In this document: piece by piece, positions 23,985 to 37,392 of the stretch
Layout of the letters: every line of letters begins with the position of its first letter
Position numbering within the stretch: position 1 is the stretch's first letter
NCBI GenBank assembly: GCA_023213395.1
Contig: CM041465.1
Coordinates: 145,831,741 to 145,895,740, forward strand
DNA length: 64,000 bases
Source of the DNA: Cycas panzhihuaensis
Taxonomy: Eukaryota > Plantae > Cycadophyta
Reading direction: 5' to 3'
Program-made: the position numbers and the translations under genes
The notes under the pieces: model-generated
Database searches by the model: none
Told to the model about the DNA's origin: nothing
The model's input: the letters and a program-made list of their open reading frames with translations, nothing else

Positions 23985-26196
23985 GCGCTCTACCAATGCA
24001 ACTGGTCACCGGCATGGATTCAGCGATAGAAAATTTTAACATAAGACTGCATCGGCAAAGCCTAAGCGATGCTAAAAATTTGTGGGTTTTTGTCTGTCCT
24101 TTAGTGGTAGTATCATAACAGTATAACAGTATAAAAAGGAGGAAAGGTCTGAAAAACTGAAGAAAACGAGTATTGTATTGTTGCAGTGGTCATGCGTTGA
24201 CACACGTTATTGATCATACATCGTTTTTACTGCTGCGTGATGAAGACCTGCAGAGATATCTGATGGGGAGATCCATCCACGGTGGAGTATGCATTGTTTA
24301 GAATAGGTGAGTAGCAGGCACGGGGAGTAGAATCGTTGCTTTAGCGCTGAAAATATGGAAACATATCGATAAAGAAACTCCAAGAATCTAATAGCATACA
24401 TCTCTAGACCCGCTTTGAATTGTTTGACCTCTTCTTAGACAACGTCAAAGGTTGAACGTGAATGGTACGTCACCGGAGAGTATGGAGACGAAGACTCAAA
24501 TATTTCAAATGCAATCAGAGGAGAGCTACATGGTTTGGTTTTATGTATTTTAAGCTTCACGCTCATGCAGTTAATACATAATTATGCAGCCCTCACAAAG
24601 TTATGGGAGACGGAAAGATTAGTGCGGAGCCTTTTGCGTATTGGCATCCTATTTATTTCCATTGTCCCAGGATTCGCTTTGGTAATTTATGCTATCTTGT
24701 CCCAGTTTGCCCTCCGTTGATATTTGCGTCGCCCTTGATGTTGTCACTGGATTGCATATAAAGTTCCCAGTTGTTAGTTTTCTGTTCGCCCTGCGTGATT
24801 GCTCTAGCGTCTGTTTCGTTATATCTGTGTGACGATATTCTTCGTTGCCAAGTGATTGTTGCGCTGTGGTTTATCTATAATCTTATCATTGCCTGTGTTT
24901 TGTTAATGGTTGCACCGCCCGTTGAACAGTTCGCCCATATATATGTGCTGTCATTCGTTTTGTCGTTGTATCTCTTTTCCTTTATAAAATCACTTATTGC
25001 GTGACATTTGATTTAATCAAATGTAGTTTTGAATTCGCCCATGTCAATATTTAATCATTACCCTTTTTGCTTTGCGCCTTTCGAAGATCGTTTTGATATA
25101 TATCAACATCCATCCTTTATAAAGTGATATGAGTGTCCATTTTATATTTGAAATATTGGTGGCATAAGGCGAAATGAGACATCTATCAATTCTCTTGTAT
25201 GCATATGGTACTCTTTAACATGATAAGGATATATGTTGTACTTGAGGCATACTAGTGGTGAGCAAGATTAGGCATGTGTTTGTTGGGCTATGTTGGCGAT
25301 AATTCACCTCTTTGTTTATCAAATACATAAGAGAAGATGATGGGTGAGTTTGGGTAATAAGAGGGCATTGTGATCAAGGTAATGATTGATTTGCAAGCAA
25401 TCTATTGTTACAAGGGAGCAATCTTTGGTATTGAATTAATGGCGATATGAGTGAGTAGTTTTTGAAGTAAGTTCTTGGTTGATGTGTTGACATGATGACA
25501 TGAGACGAAGTTTGAGCTTTTCATTGTTCATTTGTATGCGATTGCATGAGGATACTTTGATATTGGTGAGGTGACTGTTGAGGCTTTCTTGTATGTATTT
25601 CACATGGGAGAATACCTTGGTAATATGAGACGACATTAATTCATATTTCACACTCTATTGACTTGAGACTTATTGTGGATATATGATGAGGTGAGTATGG
25701 TCCTTATAAGAGGCATGCATAAGATGATTTAATAGTGAGAAGAGACGTCTATTGTTTCTGTTGTATGTATTTGTATGAGAGAGTTGATGAAGTAATGACT
25801 TGGCAATTATGAACCTTGTAACATGTGAGGTTACAAGACACGGTTGGACACTTTGTTGGGTGAGTTAAGGAAGAAATTAGGCATGTTTCATGATGTGAAC
25901 AGGCAAAGAAGGTTGCGTTTTTGTTGAAGTTAAATGATTTGCAAGTGTAATGGCATGAGTTGTGTGTTTTGGGCAATCAAGTGAAGTGCGTGTTTTGATA
26001 GCAACATATGACATGTATGATCATCGTGAGATTTATGACGCATTGATTTGGTGAAGTCAGTGTTTGGATTCTACGTGACTAGTTGGTGATATGTGAAATG
26101 GATAAGGCAATGATATGATGATAAAGTCAACGATGTAAGTTATGAAACATGAGGAAATTTGTTGAGAGTGATCAATAAGTAAGTTACCAATGATAA

Positions 26197-27225
26197 GTGA
26201 GTGTATTGATTGAAAAAGGGACGTGGCATGTGGAAATGGCATTGACAATCATGGAGGATAATGATGTGGTTATATATGCTCATGAGACAAATGAATATTA
26301 CTTAAGGGATTCATTTCTTCCAGTACCTAAATGTAATGGTGAAGACTATTTCTTTTGGACAATTAAAATGAGATGTCTATTCATAGCTAGAGGTTTGTGG
26401 AAGATTGTTACTGACGAATATGATATCCCTAATGATGATGAAGAAAAAGAAATGCTTGAGAAGAAAGATAGAATGACATTCATTATGATTCGTGCTGCAT
26501 TCAATAAGATTGATCTTCCCTCCAAATTTCATTTTGTTATTCCTATGATTCTACATGCAAGTAATGCTAAAGATGCTTGGGATTTTCTAAGCAAGTATTT
26601 GAACAAACTCCTGAAGAAACACAACGAATGATTGAAAAGACAATTAAAGCTAGTTATGGTACAAGTACAACGAATGAAGAAAGTATCATCAGCACTGATG
26701 AAACTTCTACTGTTGAATGCATTGATGAGGTTACAGATGAAGACATTGAAAGTGATGAATTGATTTTAAGAGAAATTGAAGCTAATGATTCCATAAAAGA
26801 TGAGTCTTATATTGATGATGTTCCTTCTTTAAGCATTGATTCAAGTTCAAAAAGTATGCTAATTGATCAAGATTCTGCTCCAAAGATCAAAGAAGTCACT
26901 ATTGTACATGATGATCAAGAGTTATACAGAATAATGATGAAAAGCAAGTTGTGATTGAAGATGGTTACTTACAGGATCTTCATCAGACTAGACCTGCCAC
27001 AATAAAGAAACATGATTTATACTTACTAGAGCAACTACATCAACATCGACATCAATCAGAAGATATCATTCTACAAGGATAACAGTACATAATTGAAGAC
27101 ACAAATCAAGATAAAGACATCATTCTACAGCAAAGACATCACTACAAGATTGAAGACAAGGAGCAGGTTGAAGACATTATTCTCAAGACATTTCCAAAGA
27201 CAAAGCGTTGTAAATACAAATGACC
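26197..27225 (+). pseudogene. Copia Gag N-terminus + acidic linker + RNase H-tail-like repeats (frameshifted)
   Basis: VPKCNGEDYFFWTIKMRCLFIARGLWKIV..NAKDAWDFL, then the Asp/Glu-rich ORF 26577-26954, then EQVEDIILKTFPKTK next to the PPT. Confidence 0.8.
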
Positions 27226-28185
27226 CAAATGTACATTAAGGGGGAGTGTTAGAATATTAATGTACATTTGATTTATCCCACATGCAAGAGGGTCCTACTC
27301 TTCCAATATGGCTTGTATTATAAATACACAATATTGTGTATCATATGTAACGTGGTTGTAATGATATTCTCTTAATACAATGGAGGTACCTTAAGGGTAC
27401 CGTTCGATCCTGTGGAGGCGTTATGTTCTGTTTGCGAAGATTGTTTGTGCAGGTTGATTTCCAACAGAACCAACAGAATAAGAATTGCAACTAGCAACAG
27501 AACTAGGGAGGCCACATGGCAGACTCTCAAAATCTTTTCTTTGTTGCTTTGTCATCTCGTCGTTTTGACATCTCCTTAGCAATGTCTCTATCTCATTGAA
27601 GAATTGTGACACTCCTCATCATCTCAATAATGTTTTTTATGTACCTAGCATGACATGCAACATACTTTTAGTTAGTTAGATAAATAAACAAAACTTTGAT
27701 GTTTTGTTTAGCCATCTTGGAAAATGCTTTATTACAGATCTGAATGGCAACTTAATTGTTTCAGGATACGAAGATCAGGGATTGTACAAGCTTAATGCTG
27801 TGACCAGACCATTGATCCACACACATGAATTCAATTTCAACTTCTAATCCTTTTGCTTTAACATTAAATTTAGATAAGCAATTTGCTTCTCAGACATATG
27901 TTTCTCCTAAAATTTTGAAAGAAGTTATCGCATCAATACCTAGGTCACTTGAATATGGATAGCCTTCATCTTCTCTACAGATTGAATATGGTGCATGGAA
28001 TACCAAAAATAACAAAGACTAAGTGTATTTGTGAGACCTATGTTATGGGCAAATACCATCTAGCTTCTTTTAGAGTAAATGGGAGAGCTTGGTGTGCCAA
28101 GGAACCTTTAGGCCTGGTACATTTAGACATTTGTGGGCTCATGTCTCAAGCATCCTTTGGAGGTTGTCACTTCTTTATTATATTT

Positions 28186-28559
28186 ATTGATGACTATTCC
28201 AAAAAAGTCTAGGTATATTTTATGAAGTAGAAATCAGAAGCCTTTAACAAATTCAAAGAGTTTAAGCATGGTGCAGAAATTGAATCTAGAAGGCCACTAA
28301 AAATCCTTTGTTGTGATAATAGAATTGAATACACATCTAATGAGATCATCTAATTCTGTAAGGATAGTGGCCATTGATGACTATTCTAGAAAAGTCAGGG
28401 TATATTTCATGAAGTAGAAATTAGAAGTCTTTGACAAATTCAAAGAGTTTAAGCATGGCACAAAAATTGAATCTGAAAGGCCATTAAAAATCCTTTGTTG
28501 TGATAATGGAATTGAATACACATTTAATGAGTTCACTAAATTTTATAAGGATAATAGCA
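28186..28559 (+). repeat. 187-bp tandem duplication within Copia integrase
   Basis: ATTGATGACTATTC.. begins at both 28186 and 28373, and the two copies are diverged. Confidence 0.9.
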
Positions 28560-30233
28560 TTAAAAAACAATTTTTTGCTCCATACACCCCTCAACAAAAT
28601 GGAGTTGCTGAGCGAATGAATTGGACCTTGGTCAACAAAGGCAAAGCCATGTATGTCACCAAGAGTTTAGGACTTCAATTTTGAGTTAAAGCCCTTCATA
28701 CAATGACATATCTTATAAACAGAAGTTCGACTAAGGCTATATTAAACATTATTCTTGATGAGGCCTAGTCAGGTAAAAAACTTACAATTTCACACTTGCG
28801 TACTTTTAGTTGTACAACATATATGCTCATACTAAAAGAGCAGAGGAAAAAGTTAAATGATAAGAGCAATAAATGTATTTTTATAGGTTATCAACCTGGC
28901 TGCAATGTGTATAAATTGTATGATCCTGCCACCAACCAAATACATATATCTTAGGATGTCATACTCATAGAAAAAAACCAAGATTTGGATATCAATCAGA
29001 TTTCACTCTTTGATGATCGATCAGATAAAGCATTAATTACTCCTTCTGCTTTACAAAATGTTCCTTCAGAACAAATGCCTCCTCTAACATCAACATTTGC
29101 TCTTGGTTTCACATTTGCACCATTTACCTCTACATCTACAGCTACACATATTAATCCTTTAAAGGATATTCAGGATAAGGCTACTTCGAAACACTTGCCC
29201 AAATAGTACATGCAAATGATCTCTTCTACTCTTTGACCACCATAACAAGCGAAGAGACAGTCAAAATACATGTCATCCACTAACTTTGCTTTAATAACAT
29301 AAGTATTGTCAGCTCTTAAACTCTCTACTTTTGAGGAAGTTATTGCAAATCCAAAATGGCAAGTAGCAATGACTGAAGAAATATGGATTCTATCATACAA
29401 AATGATACTTGGGAGCTTGTTGAGCTACTTGAAGGGAAGAAACTAATTTCATGTAGATGGATTTATAAAACAAAATTTCATGTAGATGGTTCCATTCAAC
29501 GACATAAAGCCCTATTGGTTGTCAAAGGTTTTAAACAGGTTGAAGGCATTGATTATGATGACATATTTGCACTAATTGCCAACATAACCATTGTTATGCT
29601 TGTTTTGGCACTTGTAGCTCAACTTAATTGGCCTATTTACTAGATGGATGTAAAGAGCCCCTTCTTGAGTGGCAATTTACAGGAGAAAATATACATAAAT
29701 AAGACTTCGGCTTTGTTGTTCGTAGAAAATACCACTTAGTTTGCAAACTGAAAAAGGCATTGTATGGCTTTAAGCAATCACTTCACACTCGGTACACGAA
29801 GATTAATGAATACTTTTAAAAGCATGGACCTATTCGCTCATCTTTAGATCTAAATCTATATATCAGAATACATAATGGTTTGATAACTCTGGTCATACTT
29901 TATATTGATGATTTATTGATAATTAGTAATGACATAGAGTGGATTACACATCTCCAAGGAAAACTGAGCAACGACTTTGAGATCACTGTTGTTCCACTAT
30001 TTTCTTGGCATGAAAGTCTAGCAAGAGTTAGGCCATATTTTCTTTTCACAGTTAAAATATGTAAAGAAAATTATTCAAAAATTCAAGATGGATAAATGTA
30101 AACCATCGCTAACTCCTATGGAGACAAGTTTGAAATTGGATATTGATGAGCGTAGAAAACCTATGGATTCAACGTTTTATAGATAACTTGTGGGGAAATT
30201 AATTTACTTCACCCATACTTGACCAGGCATTAC

Positions 30234-33200
30234 CTACTTCTTTAAGAAGTTGGCCATAACACCAAAGAAGTTAGCCAAAATAAAAGATTAAGTTCGACCA
30301 GAGTAATCTTAATAATGAGATTGACCAGATTCTTGCTGGAAGTCGGCAAGACCATCTAATCTTTTAAAGTGGTAACACTATAAGTCCCTCTCTCTAAAAG
30401 TATACTTTGCCCTCAAAGCATGGGAAGTTTCAGATGTTGTTGATACCATTCCTCAGATTCCCAAATCACCTTTCTATGATTTGGTGTTTTCCATTTTATC
30501 AGGTACTCCTGTATTTCTCTGAAGAGTAGCCTTTTGGTCTGAATCTATAGATGCCTTCTAGTTCCATAATTATTTTGCTTTTTTCATCGAGTATTGGCAA
30601 CTCTATTTGAGGAGTGATAATTTATTCTAGCTTTTGTTTGAGCCAAGAAACATGGAAGACATTACATATGCAACTACTTGGTGATAAGTTTAATGAGTAT
30701 GCAACTTCTTCCACTTTATTAATTATTTGGTATGGTCCAAAGAATCTTGGTTGTAACTTGTGTTTACCCAATTGTTTCATTGTGACTTGCTTATAAAGTT
30801 GGAGTCTTAAGAAGACCCAATCTCTCGTTGAAAAGGACCTCTTTGTTTTGTGCGGATCTATTTGTTGTTTCATCAAATTCTTAGCTAGATTATCTTTCAA
30901 TATTTGTAATGTTCTTTGCATTTGTTCTTTGTTGTTGTTGAATAGATTAGACCTGTGTAATCTTTGTCCATGCAAGAAGGGATCTGTTCGAAGCTGTATA
31001 ATGCTTGGAAAGGGGACATTTTTGCAGAGGCATGGTATGTGGTGTTGTACCACCACTTGGCTAGGTGAAGCCATTTGTGCTATTGTTGTTGTTTGTCCAA
31101 TGTGAAATTTCATAAGTATCATTCTAGACATTTATTTATTGTTTCTGTTTGACCATTTATTTGGGGGTGGTAAGATATACTCATGGATAATTTTGTGCCC
31201 ACCAGCTCGAATAACTCCTGCTAAAAATTGCTTATGAATTTCAAATTGCGGTCGCTAATTATGACCTTTGGAAATCCATGGAGACGATAGATCTTCTTGA
31301 TGAAGAGTTCGACGATTTGATTTGTTTTGGTTGTCACCTAAAATTCTCGAAAATAGGCATATTTGGTAAGGCATTCAACAACAACGAAGATTGCATCCTT
31401 GCCTTTTGATTTGGGTGTCTTATCTTTGCTTGGGTATATGTAGTGGTTGGAATAATCTAGGGTTCTTTACATTTTTGTTTATGTTTCTTTGATAGATATA
31501 ACATTTTGAGACAAATTTCTGGATGTTTGCTTTTATTTTTTTTTTCCAAAAGAAAGTATTTTGAATTTGGCAATACATCTTGTCAATCCCTATGTGTCCG
31601 TCTATTAGGGAGGATTGGGCTTTGTCGAGAATCTTAGTTTTTATTGCCAACATAGTATCAAGATCTTCCCATTTCGTAGGATTAGGCATCCTCTAAGTTG
31701 ATATTTTGTTGTCTTCTCTGTGTGAATCTCTTGTAATGCTTTTTGGCGCAACTGATCGCCTTGGCATTCTTGAATTAATTCTCTAATCCAAGTTGGAGTA
31801 AGGACATAAATGGATTGTAAGGATATATCCTCCCGCTTGATGCTATCTTCGGGTATTTGAGATAGTGCATATGTAATGACATTTTCTTTTCCATTTTTGT
31901 AAATAATATTGAAATCAAATGTTTGAAGTTTACTTACCTATTTATGTTACTCGTCTAATAATGTATTTTGGTTTAAAACATATTTGGGACTGTCAAGATT
32001 GGTTTTGACCACAAATTTATTTCCTAGTAAGTATTGATGCCATTGATGTATGATGTGCATGATTTCCAACATTTCCTTGTTGTAGATGGATTTTAATTGC
32101 TCAATTGTATTTAACTTGCAACTTTCATATGCTATTGGACGATTGTTTTGGAGGAGTATCGTTCATATTCCCACTCCTGATGCGTCACATTCTAATATGA
32201 ATGGGTTGTTGAAGTTCGGAGTTGCGAGTATTGGTGTTGTAACCATTGTTGTCTTTAACTCTTGGAATGCATCCTTTGTTGGTTGACTCTACATAAATGC
32301 ATCCTTCTTGGTTAGATCGGTCAATGGTGCTATGATGTAGGCATATCCCTTAATAAATCATCACAAGAACCTATCAACCCCTTAAAAAGTTCTTGTTACA
32401 TTTTTTGGGGTGGGCCATTTTATGATTCCTTGGACCTTTTTTTGGATTCATCTTCACACATTTTTGCATGATAATATGCCCTAAATATTCTAACTCTATT
32501 TGCTCGAAAGTTCATTTGCTTTTGTTTACAAAGAATTGATTGTCCTTTTAACACTTGTTGCATGACTTTAAGATGCTCTATGTGTTCTTTTCATGTCGAA
32601 TTATAAATCAAAATATCGTTGGAAAAAATTAATACTAATTTGTATAAGAATGGTTGGAGTACCTTATTCACTATGCTCTGGAAGATGACTAGGGCATTGG
32701 TTAACTTGAATGGCATACCATGAAATTTAAATAACCTTTTGTGGGTGTGAAAAGTTGTTTTATATATGTCTTCAACTTTAATGCATATTTAATAATATCT
32801 TGAATGCAGATCAATTTTTGAAAAATATTTTGGTTGGTGTAATTCGTCCAAGAGGTCATCAATTCGAGGAATTGAATACTTGTTCTTGACTATGAGTTTG
32901 TTGAGTTCTTGGTAGTCTACCCACATTCGATATGATCCATCTTTCTTCTGGATTAATATTGATTGGTGAGGCGGAAGGGCTAGTGATGGGAGTGATGTGC
33001 CCTTGTTGCAAGAGTTCTTGCATAATCTGTTTAATCTCCTTTTTGACATCATATAGATGCTAATATGATCAGATGTTTACAAGTGCTTCCTTAAGTGTTA
33101 ACTTAATGCAATGTTTGCATCCACGACTTGGAGGTAACCCTTGGGGTGGTTCCTCAAAGACTTTGTTGTATTGGTCAATGAAGGCTTGGACTTCTGTTGG

Positions 33201-35460
33201 AACATCCTTAATCACTATTTTGTACCATGTTATCATGTATGACGTGGGACTTTTCTTCAATAGTTTCTCCATGTAATGCAATGTCACTAGTTGAGTTCAC
33301 AGTGTTGATAGTGTTTGGAACTTGTATTTGTGCCCTTTTTGGAAAAAACTCATAAAACAAGTCTTGTAGTTGGTGATAATATTTCCTAGGTTTTGCAACT
33401 ATTGTATTATGAGGACCATGCCCACTTCTTCAATCGACATGGCAAACATGCATGTAGCGGTGGAGTGGACGACTATTTGTAGATTCACTTTTGGGAAATA
33501 TACTTTGTATGGCATAGTCTTGCTGATAATGGCCTGAAATATGCTGAGTGGTTGAATTACTAGGCCAAATTTTTGTGCGTTTGGATTATTTATGAAATTA
33601 CGAGTGCTCCTGCTATCTACTAGGATTGCTATTTTTTTGTTTTTTAATCACACTTTGGAATTGTAGTGTTTGAGGGGTGTTGACTTCACCTGTGATTGCT
33701 TGTAATATCTACACATTTTCAATATTTGTATTAAGTAATTCTTCGATCTCGGCTCCATCACCTTCAACATGTGGTTCTTTTTCAAATTCTTCTAGGATGT
33801 CTAACTCCTCATTGTTGATGATGGATACCTTTTTGGCTAGATGTTTGTGGTCATAATTCCATTCCACCCTGCACTTAAAGCAAGTTCATTTCTTAAAATG
33901 CTCTGCTTTGGAAGTTTTGCTTCCAGCTGTTCCCTTTTCATTTTCTTCTATAAGGGAAGGTTCAACTTTTGTACTTAAGTGGTTCCAATTGGGTTGAAAA
34001 CTCTAGCCCCGATATCTAAGAGGTTCATTTCAATAAACATAAGTTTGTCTTACTTCTCGATATTCAACCTCCACATTCTTTGCATGGTGAATTACGTCGC
34101 TTAAGGTTATTATGCCTATTGTCTTTAAGTAAAATTTAATATTTACTTTGCATTCGATAATATATGCTTCTATGAGTAGTTCGTCTTCAATTTTCTTATT
34201 GCCTAGGCTGTGTAGAGTTTGGAATTGCTCTGTATAGGTCTATACTGATTCAGTTTATTGGAGACACATAAGTTGGGTGAAATAGTCTGTGTTCCATGTG
34301 TCATTGTATTGTTCTATGAGGCTTGTTTTTAAGAAGATAAGTTGTAATATCATGTCTCCTTGTAAACTCTATTATACTAATGGAACTATTTAAGGGATTT
34401 TCCATATAAATAAAAGGATGCCACCAGAATTTCATCTTTTGTTAATAACGTGCTTGCCTGAAAATAGATCTCCATTTGGATTATCCAACTGCAAATGTCT
34501 CTTGACTTCTCCAGGTCAAATTTCTCTAGAAGAAATTTAGTGCTCTTAAGTCTGCGGCTTGGCCGGTCTTAGCTTAGCCTATCTTGCCATTCTTTTGGAT
34601 CCCATTCCTAGTGATTGTTTCTCCCATTTCTAGATGTTACCATTTCATCCTTGAGTGACTCTTTTCTTTTAAAGGGTCCTTGTATAACTTTTCTGAGTAT
34701 TTCTTTGGGATCTTTCATATCCCTTGCTATGTGGGCTATGTCATTGCTCATGGTATCCACCTTGGAGTATACATCATCTATGGTTACTGATGACTAATTC
34801 ACCATTTTGCCTGATTCAAGTCTTTCCTTGCATCTAAACTTTGTTGTATGAAAAAATTTTGGTCCCTTTTTCCTTCTAGGATGCCCTAATCTTCTCTACT
34901 GGGCTTTTAATATATATTGTTCTTTAAAAAACAAAAAAGGACCTTGATAATAAAGCTCTGAAACCATTTGTGGCAATTTTCTAGGGAATTTACATCTTAA
35001 ACACAAATAATATTTACACACAAAACTACCTTCTAGAGTTTCATACAAGTACACAACCACTAAAGGCAAATATTGGAGTAAAAAGTATAATATCCATAAA
35101 TTCTCAGATCAAATAGATTGAATATTATAGAGATACAACACCAATAATATATGTGTAAAAGATACCAAACTTACAATGAGTAAAATTGAGCTTTTTGCTT
35201 TCTCTTTGAGGCGAGTTGCCCTCCAAAAAATGGCTCCTTAAGGTAAAAAATATGGTAGATTCGAAAGATCAAGTGATGATCCTAAACTAAGGCTGCATGC
35301 ACCTATAAATAGGCAGCCAAACTACTTCTTTAAGAAGTTGGCCAAAACACTAAAGATGTCGGATAGAATAATACATAGAAATCAACGAGAATAATCTTAA
35401 TAATGTGGTTGGCTTAGAATTTGGCCAAACCATCCAAACTTTTGAAGTGGGAACGATAAT
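30234..35460 (-). mobile_element. Decayed Ty3/Gypsy chromovirus (Reina-like)
   Basis: 5' LTR ~34969-35460 with PBS GCTCTGAAACCA, and a partial 3' LTR 30234-30382 with PPT. Protease ILVDSRSTRNF, RT KKDGSYRMWVDY..PRIDDLLDEL..FSKIDL, integrase LQPRFFGPY..VFHVSWLK and a chromodomain-like EYLIKWK..VIWES. Confidence 0.9.
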
Positions 35461-35569
35461 AATGTGTGCTCATAGAAACTCTTATAGACTTAAAGCGATG
35501 CCATTTTGAACTCAAACATGTTGTGTGTAATTGCTAGGTAGCAGGTGGTCGAGGTTAGTATTCCTACCT

Positions 35570-36250
35570 TATTCTTACCTTACTTTCATTATCTCATTTA
35601 AATTTATTTCGTTCCTTTCATTTTTATTTTTGGAGTTTCATTTTACCCTTCATTTTATTTCATGCTTTCCATTTTATTTTATTTTCATTTTAATCCAATT
35701 CATTTAATTTACTTTAATTCTACTTCATTTCTGGTAAATTTCATTTCACTTATTTTATTTTATTTTGGTTATTTCAATTAGTTTATTGGTCATTTCCTTT
35801 AGTTTATTTCCTTTTTATTTGTCACTAATTACCCTAATAACTCTCTTATCTTATTATCATTCTTTTTTTTTTAATATATATTTTTCTAGTGTTTATTTAG
35901 TTTTCCATTTTTCTTTGTTTTAAAATTTTATTTCTTTCATTCTTGGATATTTTGAATTTCTTTTCTTTCCCCATTTTAGTTAGTATTATATTGCTATAAC
36001 TAGTACTTCTTTTGTATTATTTCTTATTGCTCTATTATTTATTTATTTATTCTTTTGCAATCAATTCTTTTTCTCTAGATAAAATGGTTCTATTCAATCA
36101 TTAAATTACCCAAACTTGTCCCAAGTAAATTGCTTGTAGTTATTTAGTTAATCACTTTTGTTTCATTTTCATTTTAGCTAGCTACTTATTTTATTAATCA
36201 TTTCATTCTGTTTTAGTTATTCATCCATCTAGTTAGCTAGTTGACCTTGT
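35570..36250. repeat. T-rich low-complexity tract, probably part of an old LTR
   Basis: Runs of TTTCATT/TTTTATT. The LTR interpretation is tentative. Confidence 0.5.
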
Positions 36251-37392
36251 TTCCTATACATTTCAAAATTCTATTTAAGTTTGAATTCAACCCTTGTGGA
36301 GCTTAGGCACTCCATAGACATCTGTTACTCAATACGAAGGGATGACCACTCCCAAACAAATGTAACCAATTGCGTGTCTTAAACGCATTAGTGTTGCAAC
36401 TAGGGTCTAACCTTCCAACATGAAGAGAGTAGCAAGTGATGTACAAGAAGTATGAGAAATTATATAATTTAATAACCATTTAAAAGAAATCATTTTTGAA
36501 ATAGTGGCATATACCATTATGTTGGGTAATGTGACAACAATGGTTGGAGGCTTAAAGTTTGGCATGTTGACAGCGCGATTTCCCCCCCAAACCTTTCTCG
36601 GAGGGTTCCAAGGGGGGCAAGAGCCCCCCTTGGCCAGGGGGGTGCGGGGGGTGTGGAATGCCCCTTGCTAAGAGGGGTTTCGAGGGCGATAGCCCCCAAC
36701 CTGAAAAATTAGCATTGTAAACTATATTAAATTGTAAAGAGAATCAGGGTCATTCGATAAAAATACCCTAGATTCTACGGTCAAGATTTGTGCTATGTAT
36801 GACCCACTCATGTAGCCCGATTTAGGGCATATTTTTTTATGTTGAGGTTGTTCAATATACTGTGAGTAGGGCGTCGTGAGCTTCTCTGGGCCTTCGCTAA
36901 TGGGGGCTAAAGCTCTGGAACAACCTTTAATTTTTATTTTCAATGCTTGCAACCCCCTCAGGTACATTAAAAAAAAATTGAGAAGCTAGTTGTACAACGG
37001 TTCAATAAGGAACAAGGTTCTCTTAGACCCAGAGTTTGGATTCAACAAATGGAATAATACTTCTAGCTAGTAGAAATTAAGGATAGTAAAAAGGTCTCGT
37101 TTGCCACCTTACACTTGGATGACATCACTTGTGAATGGTAGTTGTATGCAGTATGTTTTGATCCAAGATTCTTGCAATGCTTGAGAGATGCCTTTAGGTA
37201 CGGTGAATGGTTGAAATCTCAAAAGAAATGAAGCATTTTAATGAAATTTAACAAAGGGATGGTTCTAGGACACAAGGGATGGTTGTAGGTCATGATATCA
37301 ACTCTTGAGGAATGGTTCTGAAGCACCTCAAGGATGGTTTAGACTATAGTAGAATGATGGATGGTTCTTGGGACGGTTCTATGCCTAACAAC

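Larger units (their letters stand above)
22595..27466 (+). mobile_element. Young non-autonomous Copia-type TR-GAG-like element carrying host sequence (4.9 kb)
   Basis: 220-bp LTRs 22595-22814 and 27247-27466, apparently identical except at base 2 (TA vs TG). TSD GAACC (22590-94, 27467-71), PBS TGGTATCAGAGC 22815-22826 and PPT AAGGGGGAG. Gag only, with no PR, INT or RT. Confidence 0.96.
21618..30233 (+). mobile_element. Old truncated Ty1/Copia internal region, split by the 22595-27466 element
   Basis: Gag KLFGSDNFLAWK and CYYCGKPGHITSDC, integrase LVHLDICG..FIDDYS and APYTPQQNGVAERMN, RT NDTWELVEL..WIYKTK and LYIDDLLI. No LTRs recognised; it ends abruptly against a Gypsy LTR. Confidence 0.9.

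Noticed and set aside
36570-36720. GC-rich hairpin tract as an ncRNA
   Set aside because: No RNA family motif is recognisable; it resembles the GGGG/CCCC-rich tracts found in plant repeats.
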